From Mobula hypostoma (lineage: Eukaryota), in NCBI RefSeq assembly GCF_963921235.1, contig NC_086097.1, forward strand, positions 156,366,001 through 156,430,000: a stretch of 64,000 bases of DNA, in the 5' to 3' direction. Shown here piece by piece: positions 1 to 12,006 of this stretch (position 1 is its first letter; each line of letters opens with the position of its first letter). The notes beneath the pieces are model-generated. The model made no database searches and was not told where the DNA came from. It worked only from the letters and a program-made list of their open reading frames with translations. Made by a program: the position numbers and the translations under genes.

Positions 1-1354
1 ACAAACCTCAGACATGGCCTCTCCTTCTTTTTATGCTACTTATAAAAACTAAAACATTCTGCAATCAACAATGGCTTAGGTACTAAGTGAGCATCAATGT
101 TACAATAGCAGCAGAGCTCATTTATGTTGGATTGGCTGGAGCAGTCAAATTTCGAAGTAATCTGTATACCTTTAAACCAAATGAACGCATCAAAGTTGAT
201 ACTCGCTTCTCATTGGCTATTTCATTTTTTTCAAGATACTGTTCCAATAGTTCAGTATACATGAGACAAATACTTGTTGTGTAATCTAACTCGCCAGTCT
301 TTCCAATGTAACCACTCATTTCTGATGTTTTCTTAATGGCTATTATCACCCAATACTCACTCCTGATGAACCTATGAATTCCTCCATTTCCTGCCCTTGT
401 TTAAATTTGAACATGTCTTCCCCTCCAAAGAAAATATCCTGCTCTCTTTCGCCGTTCCTTGCTGTTCTGTTTCTTTTAACTTGAATGTCTCACTGCATTT
501 AAACTGATCAGTAACCATCTCAGGTTCATTTAAAAAATACCTCGTATGCAATGTTATGTTTTGTAACTTCCAAACTGAATCTGAAATGTGGTCTAACTTT
601 GAGTTTACTTTAAGCAAGATGTGCACATATCACATGGTAGCGTGATGACATATCTAATTTTATATATATAATTACTCAAATATTGAAATATTAAATGCAC
701 CACATGCTTTAATCCATGTCACTTGCTGGATGCTGACAAACTACTTTTCTTCACTTCTTGGTGTCTCTCGAGCCCAGCCAACAACTGTCAAGTTTACATA
801 TTGTCACCTTATGTAAATTGAGCTATCTGCAGTCACTAGATCAACTCTAATAGCAGAATTGTATTGACAGAGCTATATTTCCAAGTTCTCCCTTTTTCCA
901 AGCAATTCCGAACTTTCAACTAGGTCCAATTTAATATAAAGTACAAGTATGATTTTGTATTCATACATTATACACATCAGCAAATCCAAAAACATTGAGT
1001 GACAATGCCATCGATTCTGAAAAGGAATCACAAGAAATATTCATTGAATCAAATGCCCCTTCATCAGTAAAGTTCAGACTTGTGAGACGGAAGGTAGCCA
1101 AGATGTGCATTCTGAATGTGACTGCAAAATTTCAAGATATTGCAGATACATAACTATATTGTAGATAAATCCAGTACAGACAATTCTTCTATCATTTGCA
1201 ATATTTGGAATCTGAATCAGATTCATTCTCACTGATTTATATGATTCAAACTTGGTTGCTTTGCAGCAGCAGGTCAATGCATAGACAAAAAAATAAATAC
1301 TGCAAATTCCCAAAATAAATAACAAAACAGTGCAAAAAAAAAGATGGAATAATC

Positions 1355-1600
1355 AGGTGGTAATCAGAAGTATGCATAGAACATTTTAAAATTTGATGGC
1401 TGAGAGGAAGAGTGATGTTCCTGAATCATTGAGTGTGATAGATAATGAGATGAGGGCATGACCCAGATGATGAGGGTCCTTCGTGATGGATGTTGCTTTC
1501 TAGAGGCTCCATCTCTTTGAAGATGTCCTTGATGATGGGGATTTTGACCCCTTGATGGAAATGGCTGAGTCTATAAGCCTCTGCATCTATACATAAACAC
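1355..1600 (-). mobile_element. Rex1/Babar-like LINE 3' fragment, degenerate
   Basis: Minus strand resembles the C-terminal 'SNIHHEGPSSSG' / 'IIKDPHHPGH' region and 3' UTR seen in other copies (11510, 27726, 60594). Confidence 0.6.
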
Positions 1601-1679
1601 ATCTGTAATAAAGGCAAAACACACATGTGGAACAGTTGTTGCTCTGGCGCTCCTCCCAACTTCCTCCTCTACTTTTTCA

Positions 1680-2115
1680 GTGGGCTGAAATCAGCACAAG
1701 AGGTAATTCGTTAGTGATGCAGTGTGAAGTTTAAAATGAGCTCGAGAAACTTCAACTTTCATTTAGCGGGCTGAAATCAGCGTGGGAGGTTGTTTGCTGG
1801 TGACAGAGCACAAAGTTTATAAAGAGCTTGAGGGCTTTGAGCTTTTAGTGGTCTGCAATCAGCATTGGGACAACTAAAGGAAAGGAGGTGTGAGTGGAGT
1901 GGATATTGTTGCAGTGGGCCAGTTTTAAAGTGGTCTGGATTTGGCTCAACAGGCTTGCAAACGTACAGGCAAAGGTTTTAAGTAAATAACTACAAACGTT
2001 TGTAAGAACGTTTCAAAGTTTTTTGTTCTGTCAGTGCATTGCTGATAGGAGTCCTTACGTGAGACGTGGGGAATTTGGGAGACCTCCACTCTCCCTGATA
2101 ACTACATCTGCTAGG
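1680..2115 (+). mobile_element. CR1 LINE 5' UTR and ORF1 start fragment
   Basis: 2065-2112 reads W-G-I-W-E-T-S-T-L-P-D-N-Y-I-C, like the ORF1 start of the 14-18 kb CR1 (MWESWETSSLPDGHI). 'tttggctcaacaggctt' matches its 5' UTR. A repeated 'gggctgaaatcagc' unit is present. Confidence 0.55.
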
Positions 2116-3555
2116 ATTTTCCATTCAAGGGCATTGATATTTCCATACCAGGCTGTGATACTGCCAGTCAATATACTCTCCACTTCACATCTATCGAAGA
2201 TTTATGTGTAATGCTGAACCTTCACGAATTCCTAAGGAAGTAGAGGTACTGCCATTCTTTCATTGTAATTGCACTTATTTGCTGGGCTCAAGTCAGGTCC
2301 TCCAAAACAATAACACCGAGGAATTTGAAGTTGCTGACTCTCTCCACATCGGATACCCCGCTGAGGGCTTGCTCATTGGCCTCAAGTTTCCTCCACTGCA
2401 TGTCTATAGAAGTCTGTCAAAGTATTAGATGTCATGCCAAATCTTTCCAAACTCCTCAGGAAGTAGAGGTACCCCTGCGCTTTCTTCATAATTCCATGAA
2501 CGTGCTGACCCCAGGACAGGTCGTTTGAAATAATACCACAACAGAATTTAAAGATGCTGACCCTCTCCATCTCTGATTCCCTGATGAGGGCTGGCTCATG
2601 GACTTCCAGTTTCCTCCTCCTGAAATCAAAAATCAGCTCCTTGGTCTTGCTGACATTGAGTAAGTGGTTGTTGCTATGCACCACTCAGCCAGATTTTCAA
2701 TCTCCTTCCTATATGCTGGTATGTCACCATCTTTAATTCTGCCTATGATGGTTGTGTCATCAGCAAACTTGAATATGGCATTGGAGCTGTGCTCATAGTC
2801 ATAAGTGTAAAACAAGTAGAGCAGGGGTTATGCATACAGCCTTGTGGTGCACCTGTGCTGATGGAGATTGAGAAGGAGATATTATTGCCAATCTGAAATG
2901 ATTGTAGTCAGCAGGTGAGGAAATTGAGGATCCAATTGCTCAAGGAGATATTGAGGCCAAGATCTTGAAGCTTATTGATTAGCTTTGAGGGACTGATAGC
3001 ATTGAATGCCAAGCCGTGGTAAATAAAAATCATCCTGATGTATTCACCTTTGGTGTCCAGATGTTCCAGAGTTGAGTGAAGTGCCAATGGGAGAACATCT
3101 GCTATCTACAAATTGGAGCAGATTCAAGTTGCTTTGCAGGCAGGAGTTGATAAGTTGCATCACCAACCTCTCAAAACACTTCATTGCTATGCAAGTAAGA
3201 GTTAATGGATGATAGTTATTGAAGCAGGTTTCCACGTTTTCCTTGGGCACTAGTTTAATTGAAGTAGGTGGGTATCTCAGAATGCTGAAGCAAGAGGTTA
3301 AAGATCTCCATGAACACTCCAGCCAGTTGATCAGCACAGGGTTTTAGTACTTGACCAGGTACCCTTCCTGGCCCAGGTGCTTTTCATGGGCTCACGCTCC
3401 TGAAGGTTGCTCGCACGTTGGGCCTAGAGACTGAAATCACAAGATCATTGGTTGCCTGGGAGTTTCTGATGGTACCTTCATGTTTTGATGGTCAGATCAG
3501 GCATAGAAGGCATTAAACTCATCTGGAAGTAAAGCCCTAGTGTCACCAATTAACT
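2115..3555 (-). mobile_element. Rex1/Babar-like LINE, RT region, frameshifted
   Basis: Minus-strand ORFs give IFKFADDTTIIG (RT catalytic motif), LNVSKTKELIFDFRR and YHPLTLTCIAMKCFERLV. Confidence 0.85.
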
Positions 3556-3832
3556 GAAAGTAAGACAGTTAAGGTGAGAGCTTGGTCCAAGCATCTCAAA
3601 GCATACCCGTCTGCTCTTTGACTCTCATGTGTTGCATCTATTATAGTTTAAGACATGGACATTTTTTTCAGTTTCAACTTCCTGTTGATCCTCTAATTCT
3701 TAACCATCATTCAGAAATAAATATAATAGGACTGTAAAGCTTGAATATTAAACTTCAGTCTCTTTAAATAAATTGCTTGGCCACAATGGCGAAATTGTAG
3801 CTCATTTGATCACATGCTTGAGAATCCTGCTG

Positions 3833-4345
3833 CACCTAATAAAGTGGCCATTGATTGCATGTTTGTAGTCTTCATCTGCTGTAGCCCATCCACTTGAAGG
3901 TTCATCGTGTTGTGTGTTCAGAGATGCTCTTCTGCACACCACTGTTGTAACAAATGGTTATCTGATTGACTGCTGCTTTCCAATCAGCTTGAATCAATCT
4001 GGCCAATCTTCTCTGACCTCTCTCATTAACAAGGCATCTTTGTCCAGAGAACTGTCAATCACTGGATTTTTTTTGTTTCTCACACCATACTCTAAACTAT
4101 AGAGACTGTTGTGTGTGAAAATACCAGATGATTAGTAGTTTCTGCGATACTCAAACCATCTCATCTAGCACCAACAATCATTTCACAGTCAGTCACTTAG
4201 ATCACATTTCTTCCCCATTCTGATGTTTTGTCTGAACAACAACTGAACCTCTTGACCACATTTGTATCTTGTATGCATTGATTTGCTGCCACGTGATTGG
4301 CTCACTGGATATTTGCATAAATAAGATGGTGTACTTGATAAAGTT
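3833..4345 (-). mobile_element. Tc1-derived non-autonomous element (transposase N-terminal HTH remnant)
   Basis: Minus strand from ~4219 reads MGKKCDLSD...(MI)VGAR..GLSIAET...VFSHTTVSIV, a Tc1-like HTH. There is an 'acctaataaagtggcca' terminal-type motif and a second copy at 26520-27005. Confidence 0.7.
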
Positions 4346-4469
4346 CTACAGAGTTTAAGTGCAAATTGAAAGATTTGATCACAGCTATATAGCTTTTGAT
4401 TTTGAGTCAGCTTTACTAAAACAATGTCAAAGTTACAAAAATGTCATTGTGAAGACACGAGGTTATCTT

Positions 4470-4898
4470 TACAAAAACCGTATAGTGATCATTTTAATGA
4501 TGCCCAGAATGTGTTGCTTGTCCATAGAGGAAAGGATGCATGGATTAAACTTGTATATGATGAAATTTAGAAAAGTGGAAGAGGCTTGATTAAAACATAA
4601 GGAACCCTGACAGAGTGAATGTGGATAGGAAATTTTCTTGCAAGTGAGAATTTAGAGCTAAGTGTCACTGAAATATAAGGGAGGCCAGAAATTATATATT
4701 ATTTTCCTGATAGGGTAATGATTCTTGGATTTCTCATATGGTAACAGATCTAGAATCTCTGAATATTTTAAGGTAAAGAAAGATTCTTGACTAGCAAAGG
4801 CAGGAATGTCACTGCAGAAATGAGTTTATAATAAGATCAACCATGATGGTGGGATGAGCTTGAGAGGCTGAATACCCACTCCTGTTCCTTAATTGTAT
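4470..4898 (+). mobile_element. Old CR1 LINE 3' fragment
   Basis: 'EERMHGLNLYMMKFRKV' resembles the CR1 ORF2 C-terminus (EERLDELGLYSLEFRR). The 3' UTR continues after the insertion, at 5029-5050. Confidence 0.6.
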
Positions 4899-5028
4899 AC
4901 GAGAGAAAATCTGCAGATGCTGGAAATCCAAGCAACACACAAAATGCCAGAGGAACTCAACAGGCCGGGCAGCATCAATGGAAAAGAGTACAGTTGAGAG
5001 TGTGGGCCGAAACCCTTCGGCAGGACAA
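4899..5028 (-). mobile_element. Solo PLE 3'-terminal unit (130 bp) with degenerate hammerhead motif
   Basis: Homologous to 42493-42626. Flanked by a perfect 13-bp TSD tccttaattgtat (4886-4898 and 5029-5041). Confidence 0.85.
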
Positions 5029-5071
5029 TCCTTAATTGTATGTTCGTTTGTAGATCTATTATATAAATCGA

Positions 5072-5713
5072 TGTAGGGTTCTCAGTAATATTAGCTGGAT
5101 TGTTAACTGTTAATTGCTTATTATAAAATGGCTTTTCTGAAGTGTTATAATAAAATGGTTTCTCGTACTGTTAACTGCTGAGTAAAGGGTTCTTTGTGGT
5201 AGCATGTTTGGGCTATACTATGTGATAATGGAAGTTGTATTCATTTGCTAGCCAATGGAAGTCATGTTATGCTATCTTGTATGTGTGTGCTGAGTTGAGG
5301 AGTGCGGGCTTTTTCGGGAGGTGAGCAGAGAGGACGGACGTGCGGTGAACGGACAGCGGCTACAGGGCGGCAGATAGTGGGCCTCGGCGTTTCGGATAGT
5401 GGCCAGAGTCTCAGAAGGACGTTGTGGATGGAATCGAAGGCATGAGCTCCAACTTATTAAAATATTATGTGCACAAGACTATTAAGTTACTTATGTGGCG
5501 CCTTTTCTTTTAGTTGTTGCTACTAACCCATCACTAAAAATTACTATAAAGTATAATTCTTCACTCGCACTTGGTATATTGTTCGATATTTGTGTCGTGG
5601 CTGATTGTTGGGTGCCTCACACCATATCCGTACCAAAGCATTTGCACTGTTTGGTGGGGTCAATGACTATTCACCCTAGGCAACGGGAGTCAGTTGGAGT
5701 CAAAGGCGTTACA
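5072..5713 (+). mobile_element. Probable solo LTR
   Basis: Starts TGTAG and ends GGCGTTACA (TG...CA), ~640 bp, with a CpG-rich core in AT-rich surroundings. The TSD is not clean (tcga vs ggga), and the strand is tentative. Confidence 0.5.
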
Positions 5714-7857
5714 GGGATTTGCAGTTTTGATTAAAAAATGGAACCAGATAACCTACTGCTTCAGAATGGCCATCTCAGCATGAGATGAAGAGTCTGTCCG
5801 GAGGTTATGTGGGAAAAGTGGTTGTAGTCAACCCTGACAAGTCAGGGCTCTAAAATAAGACCTTTTCTAGAAAAGCCTCTGAAGAACATAGCTTCCTTTA
5901 CACAATAGGGCATGCCTGAGACAGGCAAGATAGTAATACAATGAAAGTTTGTGAAGCACATCCAACAAATAAGGGACATTTGCTTTACTAACTTCCAGGT
6001 GTCATTGGTTGTCAGCTTGCCTTTTAACACCTCTATTGTGAATGGAGATTGATTTTGCAAGTAAGGTATTCAAACATACCCAGTTTACCAGACTGCCAAT
6101 ATCCACAACTGATAAGCCAATTCTGTAGAAAAATAGCATTTTCCTGTCTTGGTTTCCTTGTGTACAAATAAAATAAAGTATGATTGAGGAGTAAATGTGT
6201 GTGTGTATTCCTAGTACAGTTATCAGTGATGACAGTTACATCTTTTTGATCTACAGGAGACTCTTGTAGATCTTATCAACGAAACTTTCCAGAATATACT
6301 GATGTACATCATATAATAAAATAATCATTCGCTTGGCCGCAATGTTGAACATGAAAATATTGTACCTGGTGTATTGTGCCCAGTCCTATTATTCCTATTT
6401 AGATAAAGTAGAATACATTGGAGAAGATGGAAGAAAGAATTCAACAGCATAGGGGCAAAAATGAAAGACTGAGTAGTTATGTTTCATTTTAATATTATCT
6501 TTAAAATTGGGTAAATTTTTGATTGGATGATAACATTTGTGAAGGAGGCTAAACCTTGGGGCCATACTAGTAGATCTTGCAACAAATTCAAAGAAATCAC
6601 TGTTTGGAAGTGTGTTAAAGAGGATAGTGTTGTTATGGATTCATGTGGAGCATTAGCACCTGAAAGGACCAGTGGAATAGATTAGCCTGATACGGTACTG
6701 CAGACTCTGTCTAATTATATGCAGTTCTAATATTTGTCATAGGCACAGAATTGGAGAAGTAAAAGGATGTATTACTTTCCAGGATAGATAAAAGGTTAGA
6801 ATAAAACTGATATCGATAGTACTGGTGACGTTTTTTTTTGTTTTAGGGTAGAAGAGATTTCTTCAATTGTGAAGTCAGAGATAAAATCCAAAACTCATAA
6901 ATGTGAAGTGCGCTCAGCTATTTGATAAAAGACTAAGTGAAAAAATAAGACAATTCAGTTTTAGGATTTCTTCCCTTTATTCCAAATATGATGATTGCCT
7001 GCCAAGCAGTAAACAGGTTTTCATTGATCCATATAGATTTATAAAGTAGGACTTTGAATGATTAAGGATGAATAATGAGATACATTGTACTCTACTGATT
7101 CAAATGACATAATTTATGGTCCCCATCTGATCTTCAAGATTAAATTACAGCCTTTTACCCATTCACTACTATCCTTATAACGTACACATTATTTCAATTT
7201 GTGGAATTAATGGGAATGAATAAGAAGCTGACTGGACAACCACAATGATTGAAGACCAAGAAGTAATTATGGCATTAGTATAATGAACGGTAGGATTCAG
7301 AAGCAGATGGAATATGGCATTCTTTTATACAGAATGAATATGACATTTTGCTTCCTTTTTTCCCCTGGTAGATTGCTCATTATTCTGTGACTCTATCTGA
7401 AAGGCAGCTAACACAGCTCTTCCCAGTCTCCTTGATGACTCATTCATTGAGAGAAAAAAAAGATCAAATAAACTCATTGTATTAATATTTATTATTTAAT
7501 CTGACTATATGAAACATGTAACAAACTATGTAATGTAGTCAATACAGAAATTCAATGGATGATTTCTTGTCTATTCTCTCGCCCCATATTCCCAAATGTG
7601 ATGGCTTTTAAAATCAGAATACAATATAATATGAGAAAAGCCATTCAGCTCATTAGACCAGCATCTCTCAGAGCCCACTTGCGTTTCTTTTATCATGCTG
7701 TTCCATGCTTCCTTCCATGACGTAATATTAATCCCTAGTGCACAGTAAACAGCATGTGCCATTGTTATCAGTTAAACACCATCCATTCTTTTCTCGACAG
7801 ATGTCAATCGAATTACATTTTAACCATGTTTCTTGACTAAAAGTTAGCTTTTCATTT

Positions 7858-8897
7858 CATAGAAACATAGAAAATAGGTGCAGGAGTAGGCCATTCGGCC
7901 CTTCGAGCCTGCACCGCCATTTATTATGATCATGGCTGATCATCCAACTCAGAACCCCGCCCCAGCCTTCCCTCCATACCCCCTGACCCCCGTAGCCACA
8001 AGGGTCATATCTAACTCCCTCTTAAATATAGCCAATGAACTGGCCTCAACTGTTTCCTGTGGCAGAGAATTCCACTGATTCACCACTCTCTGTGTGAAGA
8101 AGTTTTTCCTAATCTCGGTCCTAAAAGGCTTCCCCTCTATCCTCAAACTGTGGCCCCTCGTTTTGGACTTCCCCAACATCGGGAACAATCTTCCTGCATC
8201 AAGCCTGTCCAATCCCTTTAGGATCTTATACATTTCAATCAGATCCCCCCTTAATCTTCTAAATTCCAACGAGTACAAGCCCAGTTCATCCAGTCTTTCT
8301 TCATATGAAAGTCCTGCCATCCCAGGAATCAATCTGGTGAACCTTCTTTGTACTCCCTCTATGGCAAGGATGTCTTTCCTCAGATTAGGGGACCAAAACT
8401 GCACACAATACTCCAGGTGTGGTCTTACCAAGGCCTTGTACAACTGCAGTAGTACCTCCCTGCTCCTGTACTCGAATCCTCTCACTATAAATGCCAGCAT
8501 ACCATTCGCCTTTTTCACTGCCTGCTGTACCTGCATGCCCACTTTCAATGACTGGTGTATAATGACACCCAGGTCTCGTTGCACCTCCCCTTTTCCTAAT
8601 CGGCCACCATTCAGATAATAATCTGTTTTCCTATTTTTGCCACCAAAGTGGATAACTTCACATTTATCCACATTAAATTGAATCTGCCATGAATTTGCCC
8701 ACTCACCCAACCTATCCAAGTCACCCTGCATCCTCTTAGCATCCTCCTCACAGCTAACACTGCCACCCAGCTTCGTGTCATCCACAAACTTGGAGATGCT
8801 GCATTTAATTCCCTCATTCAAGTCATTAATATATATTGTAAACAACTGGGGTCCCAGCACTGAGCCTTGCGGTACCCCGCTAGTCACCGCCTGCCAT
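7858..8897 (-). mobile_element. Young 5'-truncated CR1 LINE
   Basis: Uninterrupted 312-aa ORF (7949-8887) with SGVPQGSVLGP, KFVDDTK, VRPHLEYCVQFWSP, followed by a 3' UTR and a (tttctatg)n tail at 7858-7873. Confidence 0.95.
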
Positions 8898-9212
8898 TTC
8901 TTTCTTGATATCTACATTCTCAGGAAACCTTTCATGCTAGAATATAAACCCATTGGTATGAACAGCAACAGCTTCCTTGAAGTTGCCAGTGAAGGTCAGG
9001 AGGATGTTTAACCCTTGGGGAACATTACATTAATTACCTCTGCCCCTGACACTTCTCTACCTTCCTATAAGAGTCACTTAAGACAGACAGGAAGATTTTT
9101 CCCTCCTTGGAACAATGTGTCACTAAGACTACCTGTACAATTTGAGGCCATGGAAATTATAGTGGGCCTGGGAAGGAAACAGATACTTATTTATTCAGAA
9201 ACAAAAAATCAA

Positions 9213-9480
9213 AGTAATACACACAAGATGCTGGAGGAACACAACAGATCAGGCAGCATCTATGGAAAAAGTAAACCGTTGTCAACTTGGGCCGAGACCC
9301 TTCATCAGGACTGGAAAACAAAACGATTAAAAGATGGTGGGGGTGGGGACGGAGAAGTACAAGGTAGTAGGTGATAGGTGAAGCCGGGAGAAAGGGAAGG
9401 CTGAAATAACCAGATGGGAAGACAATTGGTAAAAGAGATAAAGGGTTGGAGAAGAGGGATCCGATAGGAGAGGATAGTAA
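9213..9480 (-). mobile_element. PLE 3' region, outer part of the left arm of a nested inverted PLE
   Basis: Homologous to 42528-42770. Hammerhead remnant ccagtcCTGATGAagggtctcggccc lacks the GAAA. Homology resumes at ~10722. Confidence 0.8.
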
Positions 9481-10384
9481 TATGTGGGGCTGGGAGTGAT
9501 AGGGTTGTGGAGTTTAGTGTGGTGCGGTATGTGGGGTGCATTAGGGTTGAGCCACTTTAATCTGGTCCATGCCTTTCATTAACCTGGTCCGACACCACTT
9601 GGCTTAATTAACTGGATGTGCACTGGGATACATTATCAGTAATGTACCTGAGGTCTTCAGGTGTTTTGGGTCTTTAATCACTAAACACCCTCGTCCAGGC
9701 GACCCACATTAGGGTTAGGTTGAGATCACGCAACCCTGACACTTTGATCGAACCCACGCCTTCATTAACCAGATCCAACACGTGCCTTTATTGGATTGGG
9801 CTAGGGTTAGGACAAAGACAGAGAGGAAGAAGTTCTATAAAGTAGAATGAAGAGCTTTATCCTGCTGAGATATAAACTCAGCAGGCAGGACAGGGAAAAG
9901 CAGATAGTAGAGAACACAAGATCATTGATAAAGTCAGATAATGACTGTAAAACTTTTTTAAAACACTGGAGTACTGTCCCCAATACACCTCACTAACTTC
10001 ACGAATGTTGTTATGTGCAGCAGTCATTTTGTAGAAAAATTCCAGGAAATTGGGAAATCAGCTATAAGATCAGACCGAGATTGTGCTCCTTGGTGCAAAG
10101 AAAGCTGAGAGAAGATTTGGGGTGTACAACATTAAGACAATTTAGACTGCCAAATGGAGAGTTTCCCTGTGACCTTGAGGCTAAGAGGAGGCCACTCAAT
10201 GTGGATGGCTTCTCATAAAAGTCAGGATCAGGCATGAAATGCAAGAATTAAAGTGCAGTCAGATAATTCAGGATTCACATAACCAGTGATCACATTGGAG
10301 TATAGGATTTGGTGAGCTGTTTCAGTAAAATGACTTATAAAAAATTCAACAAGGGTGCAATTTATTTAGTAATGTTCATTTTGA

Positions 10385-10721
10385 TTGTGTGGATAGTCAG
10401 AGGCTTTTTCCCAGGGCTGAAATGGCTAACATGAGAGGGCACAGTTTTAAGGTGTTTGGAAGTGGGTATAGAGGAGAGGTCAGTAGTAAGCTTCTGACGC
10501 AGAGAGTGGTGAGTGTGTGGAATGGGCTGCCGGCGACGGTAGTGAAGGCGGATAAAATAGGGTCCTTTAAGAAACTCTCGGATAGCTACATGGAGCTTAG
10601 AAAAATAGAGGGCTATGGGTAACCCTAGGTAATTTCTAAAGTAAGTACATGTTCGGCACAGCATTGTGGGCCAAAAGGCCTGTATTGTGCTTTAGGTTTT
10701 CTATATTTCTATGTTTCTATA
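10385..10721 (+). mobile_element. CR1 LINE 3' fragment
   Basis: ORF 10389-10622 (RGHSFKV...TQRVVSVWNGLP...IEGYG) followed by a (tttctatg)-type tail. Confidence 0.9.
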
Positions 10722-11425
10722 GAAGGCTGTGGAAGAAAGAGAAGTGGGAGGAGCACCAGAGGGAGGTGATGGGCAGGTAAAGAGATAAGGTGAGAGAGGG
10801 AAATGGTGAAGGAGAAAGAGGGGCGGTGGGGTGCAATTACCGAAAGTTCGAGAAGTCGATGTTCGTGCCATTAGGCTGGAGGCTACCTAGACAGACTTCT
10901 CCGTGGATTGTCACCTTGCCATGGTGGAGAAGCTTGTGTGGTTCTGAGATCCCGAGAGCAAAGCCATCTGGAGCTATGCTCCTGGTAGGGTCACCCATGG
11001 CGGTAAGGTCGAGGATGAGGTCCCTGACAAAGAACAATCCAACCAAGACCTCAACGGTGGAACAGGCGGATGAAGTTACTTCGAACTCAATGGCTGCGAG
11101 GGCGGATGAAACAAATCCATCAGCTCCAAACGTCATGATTTCCATGCCATTGGAATCAGTTGGTTGATTTGTGAAGTATCTTGTGCTTCCTGGAGTGCAA
11201 CATCAAGTACACATTAAACAAATACACGCACAGGCACCTTCGCTCTGTGGGCCACTTCTTCAGAACGAAGACCATCAACCTCGACCTCGAAGGATAGCCA
11301 CGACGACGATGACCTAGACAGAATAAAAGGTGTTGCTTCTCCAACCTGATTGTTGTCTCATTGCAGCTGCAGAGGAAGCCGTGGAATGGGAATGGGAACT
11401 AGAATTGAAATATGTGGCCGCTGGG
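10722..11425 (-). mobile_element. PLE GIY-YIG C-terminus and 3' UTR fragment, interrupted by an RTE-type insert
   Basis: 'EKQHLLFCLG' (11344) and 'CLGSLQPNGTNIDFSNFR' (10837) are the two halves of the motif EEQHLIFRLGSLQPDGMNIDFSNFR seen at 42920. Confidence 0.85.
10896..11311 (+). mobile_element. Non-autonomous RTE-type retroelement (416 bp)
   Basis: Perfect 11-bp TSD acctagacaga (10885-10895 and 11312-11322) and a 3' (cga)n/gat tail. The 5' part (tcaccttgccatggtggagaag...cctggtagggtcacccatggc...gacaaaga) resembles RTE/Expander 5' UTRs from memory. Confidence 0.75.
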
Positions 11426-11439
11426 TATATTTCATTTTG

Positions 11440-12005
11440 TGCAGTTATATCTCATTAGGAGTTTGAGGAGATTTGGTATGTCACATAAAACACTCAAAAA
11501 TTTCTACGGATGTACCATGGAGGGCATCACCGATTGGTATGGGGGACTACTGCGCAGGATCAAAGTAAGCTGCAGAGAGTTTTAAAACTAGTCAGCTCCA
11601 TCATGGATACTGGACTCTGTAGTGTCCAAGACAGACTCGAGGAGCAGTGTCTCAAAAAGGCGGTGTCCATCATTAAGGGCCCCCACCACCCAGGACATGC
11701 CCTCTTCTCATTGTTACCATCAGGAAGGATGTACAGAAGCCTAAAGACACACACTCAGCAATTCAGGAACAGTTTCTTCTCCTTTTACATCCTATTTCTA
11801 AATCGACTTTGAAACCATGAAGACTATATCATTTTTTTTATTTCTATTTTTGTACTATTAATTTAATTGAACTATTCAATATACATATATACTTACTGTA
11901 ATTCACAGTTTTTTCTATGTTTTGCATGTATTGCATTGTACTGCTGCCAATAAGTTAACAAATTTCACGATATATGCCAGCGATATTAAACCTGATTCTG
12001 ATACT
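11440..12005 (+). mobile_element. Rex1/Babar-like LINE 3' fragment
   Basis: ORF 11510-11812 (SIIKGPHHPGHALFSLLPSGRMYRSLKTHT), then a 3' UTR ending attaaacctgattctgat. Confidence 0.85.
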
Positions 12006-12006
12006 G

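Noticed and set aside
400..1070. Possible LTR-retrotransposon remnant (tgttatgttttgtaac... at ~552)
   Set aside because: No second terminus, TSD or coding motif could be confirmed.
6240..6320. Acceptor-like tctttttgatctacag followed by a short open frame
   Set aside because: Frames close within ~20 codons and there is no homology I can recognise.
8094..8618. 174-aa plus-strand ORF, and similar ones at 16044, 17408, 62615 and 42734/44046
   Set aside because: These are antisense shadows of TE coding or low-complexity UTR sequence.
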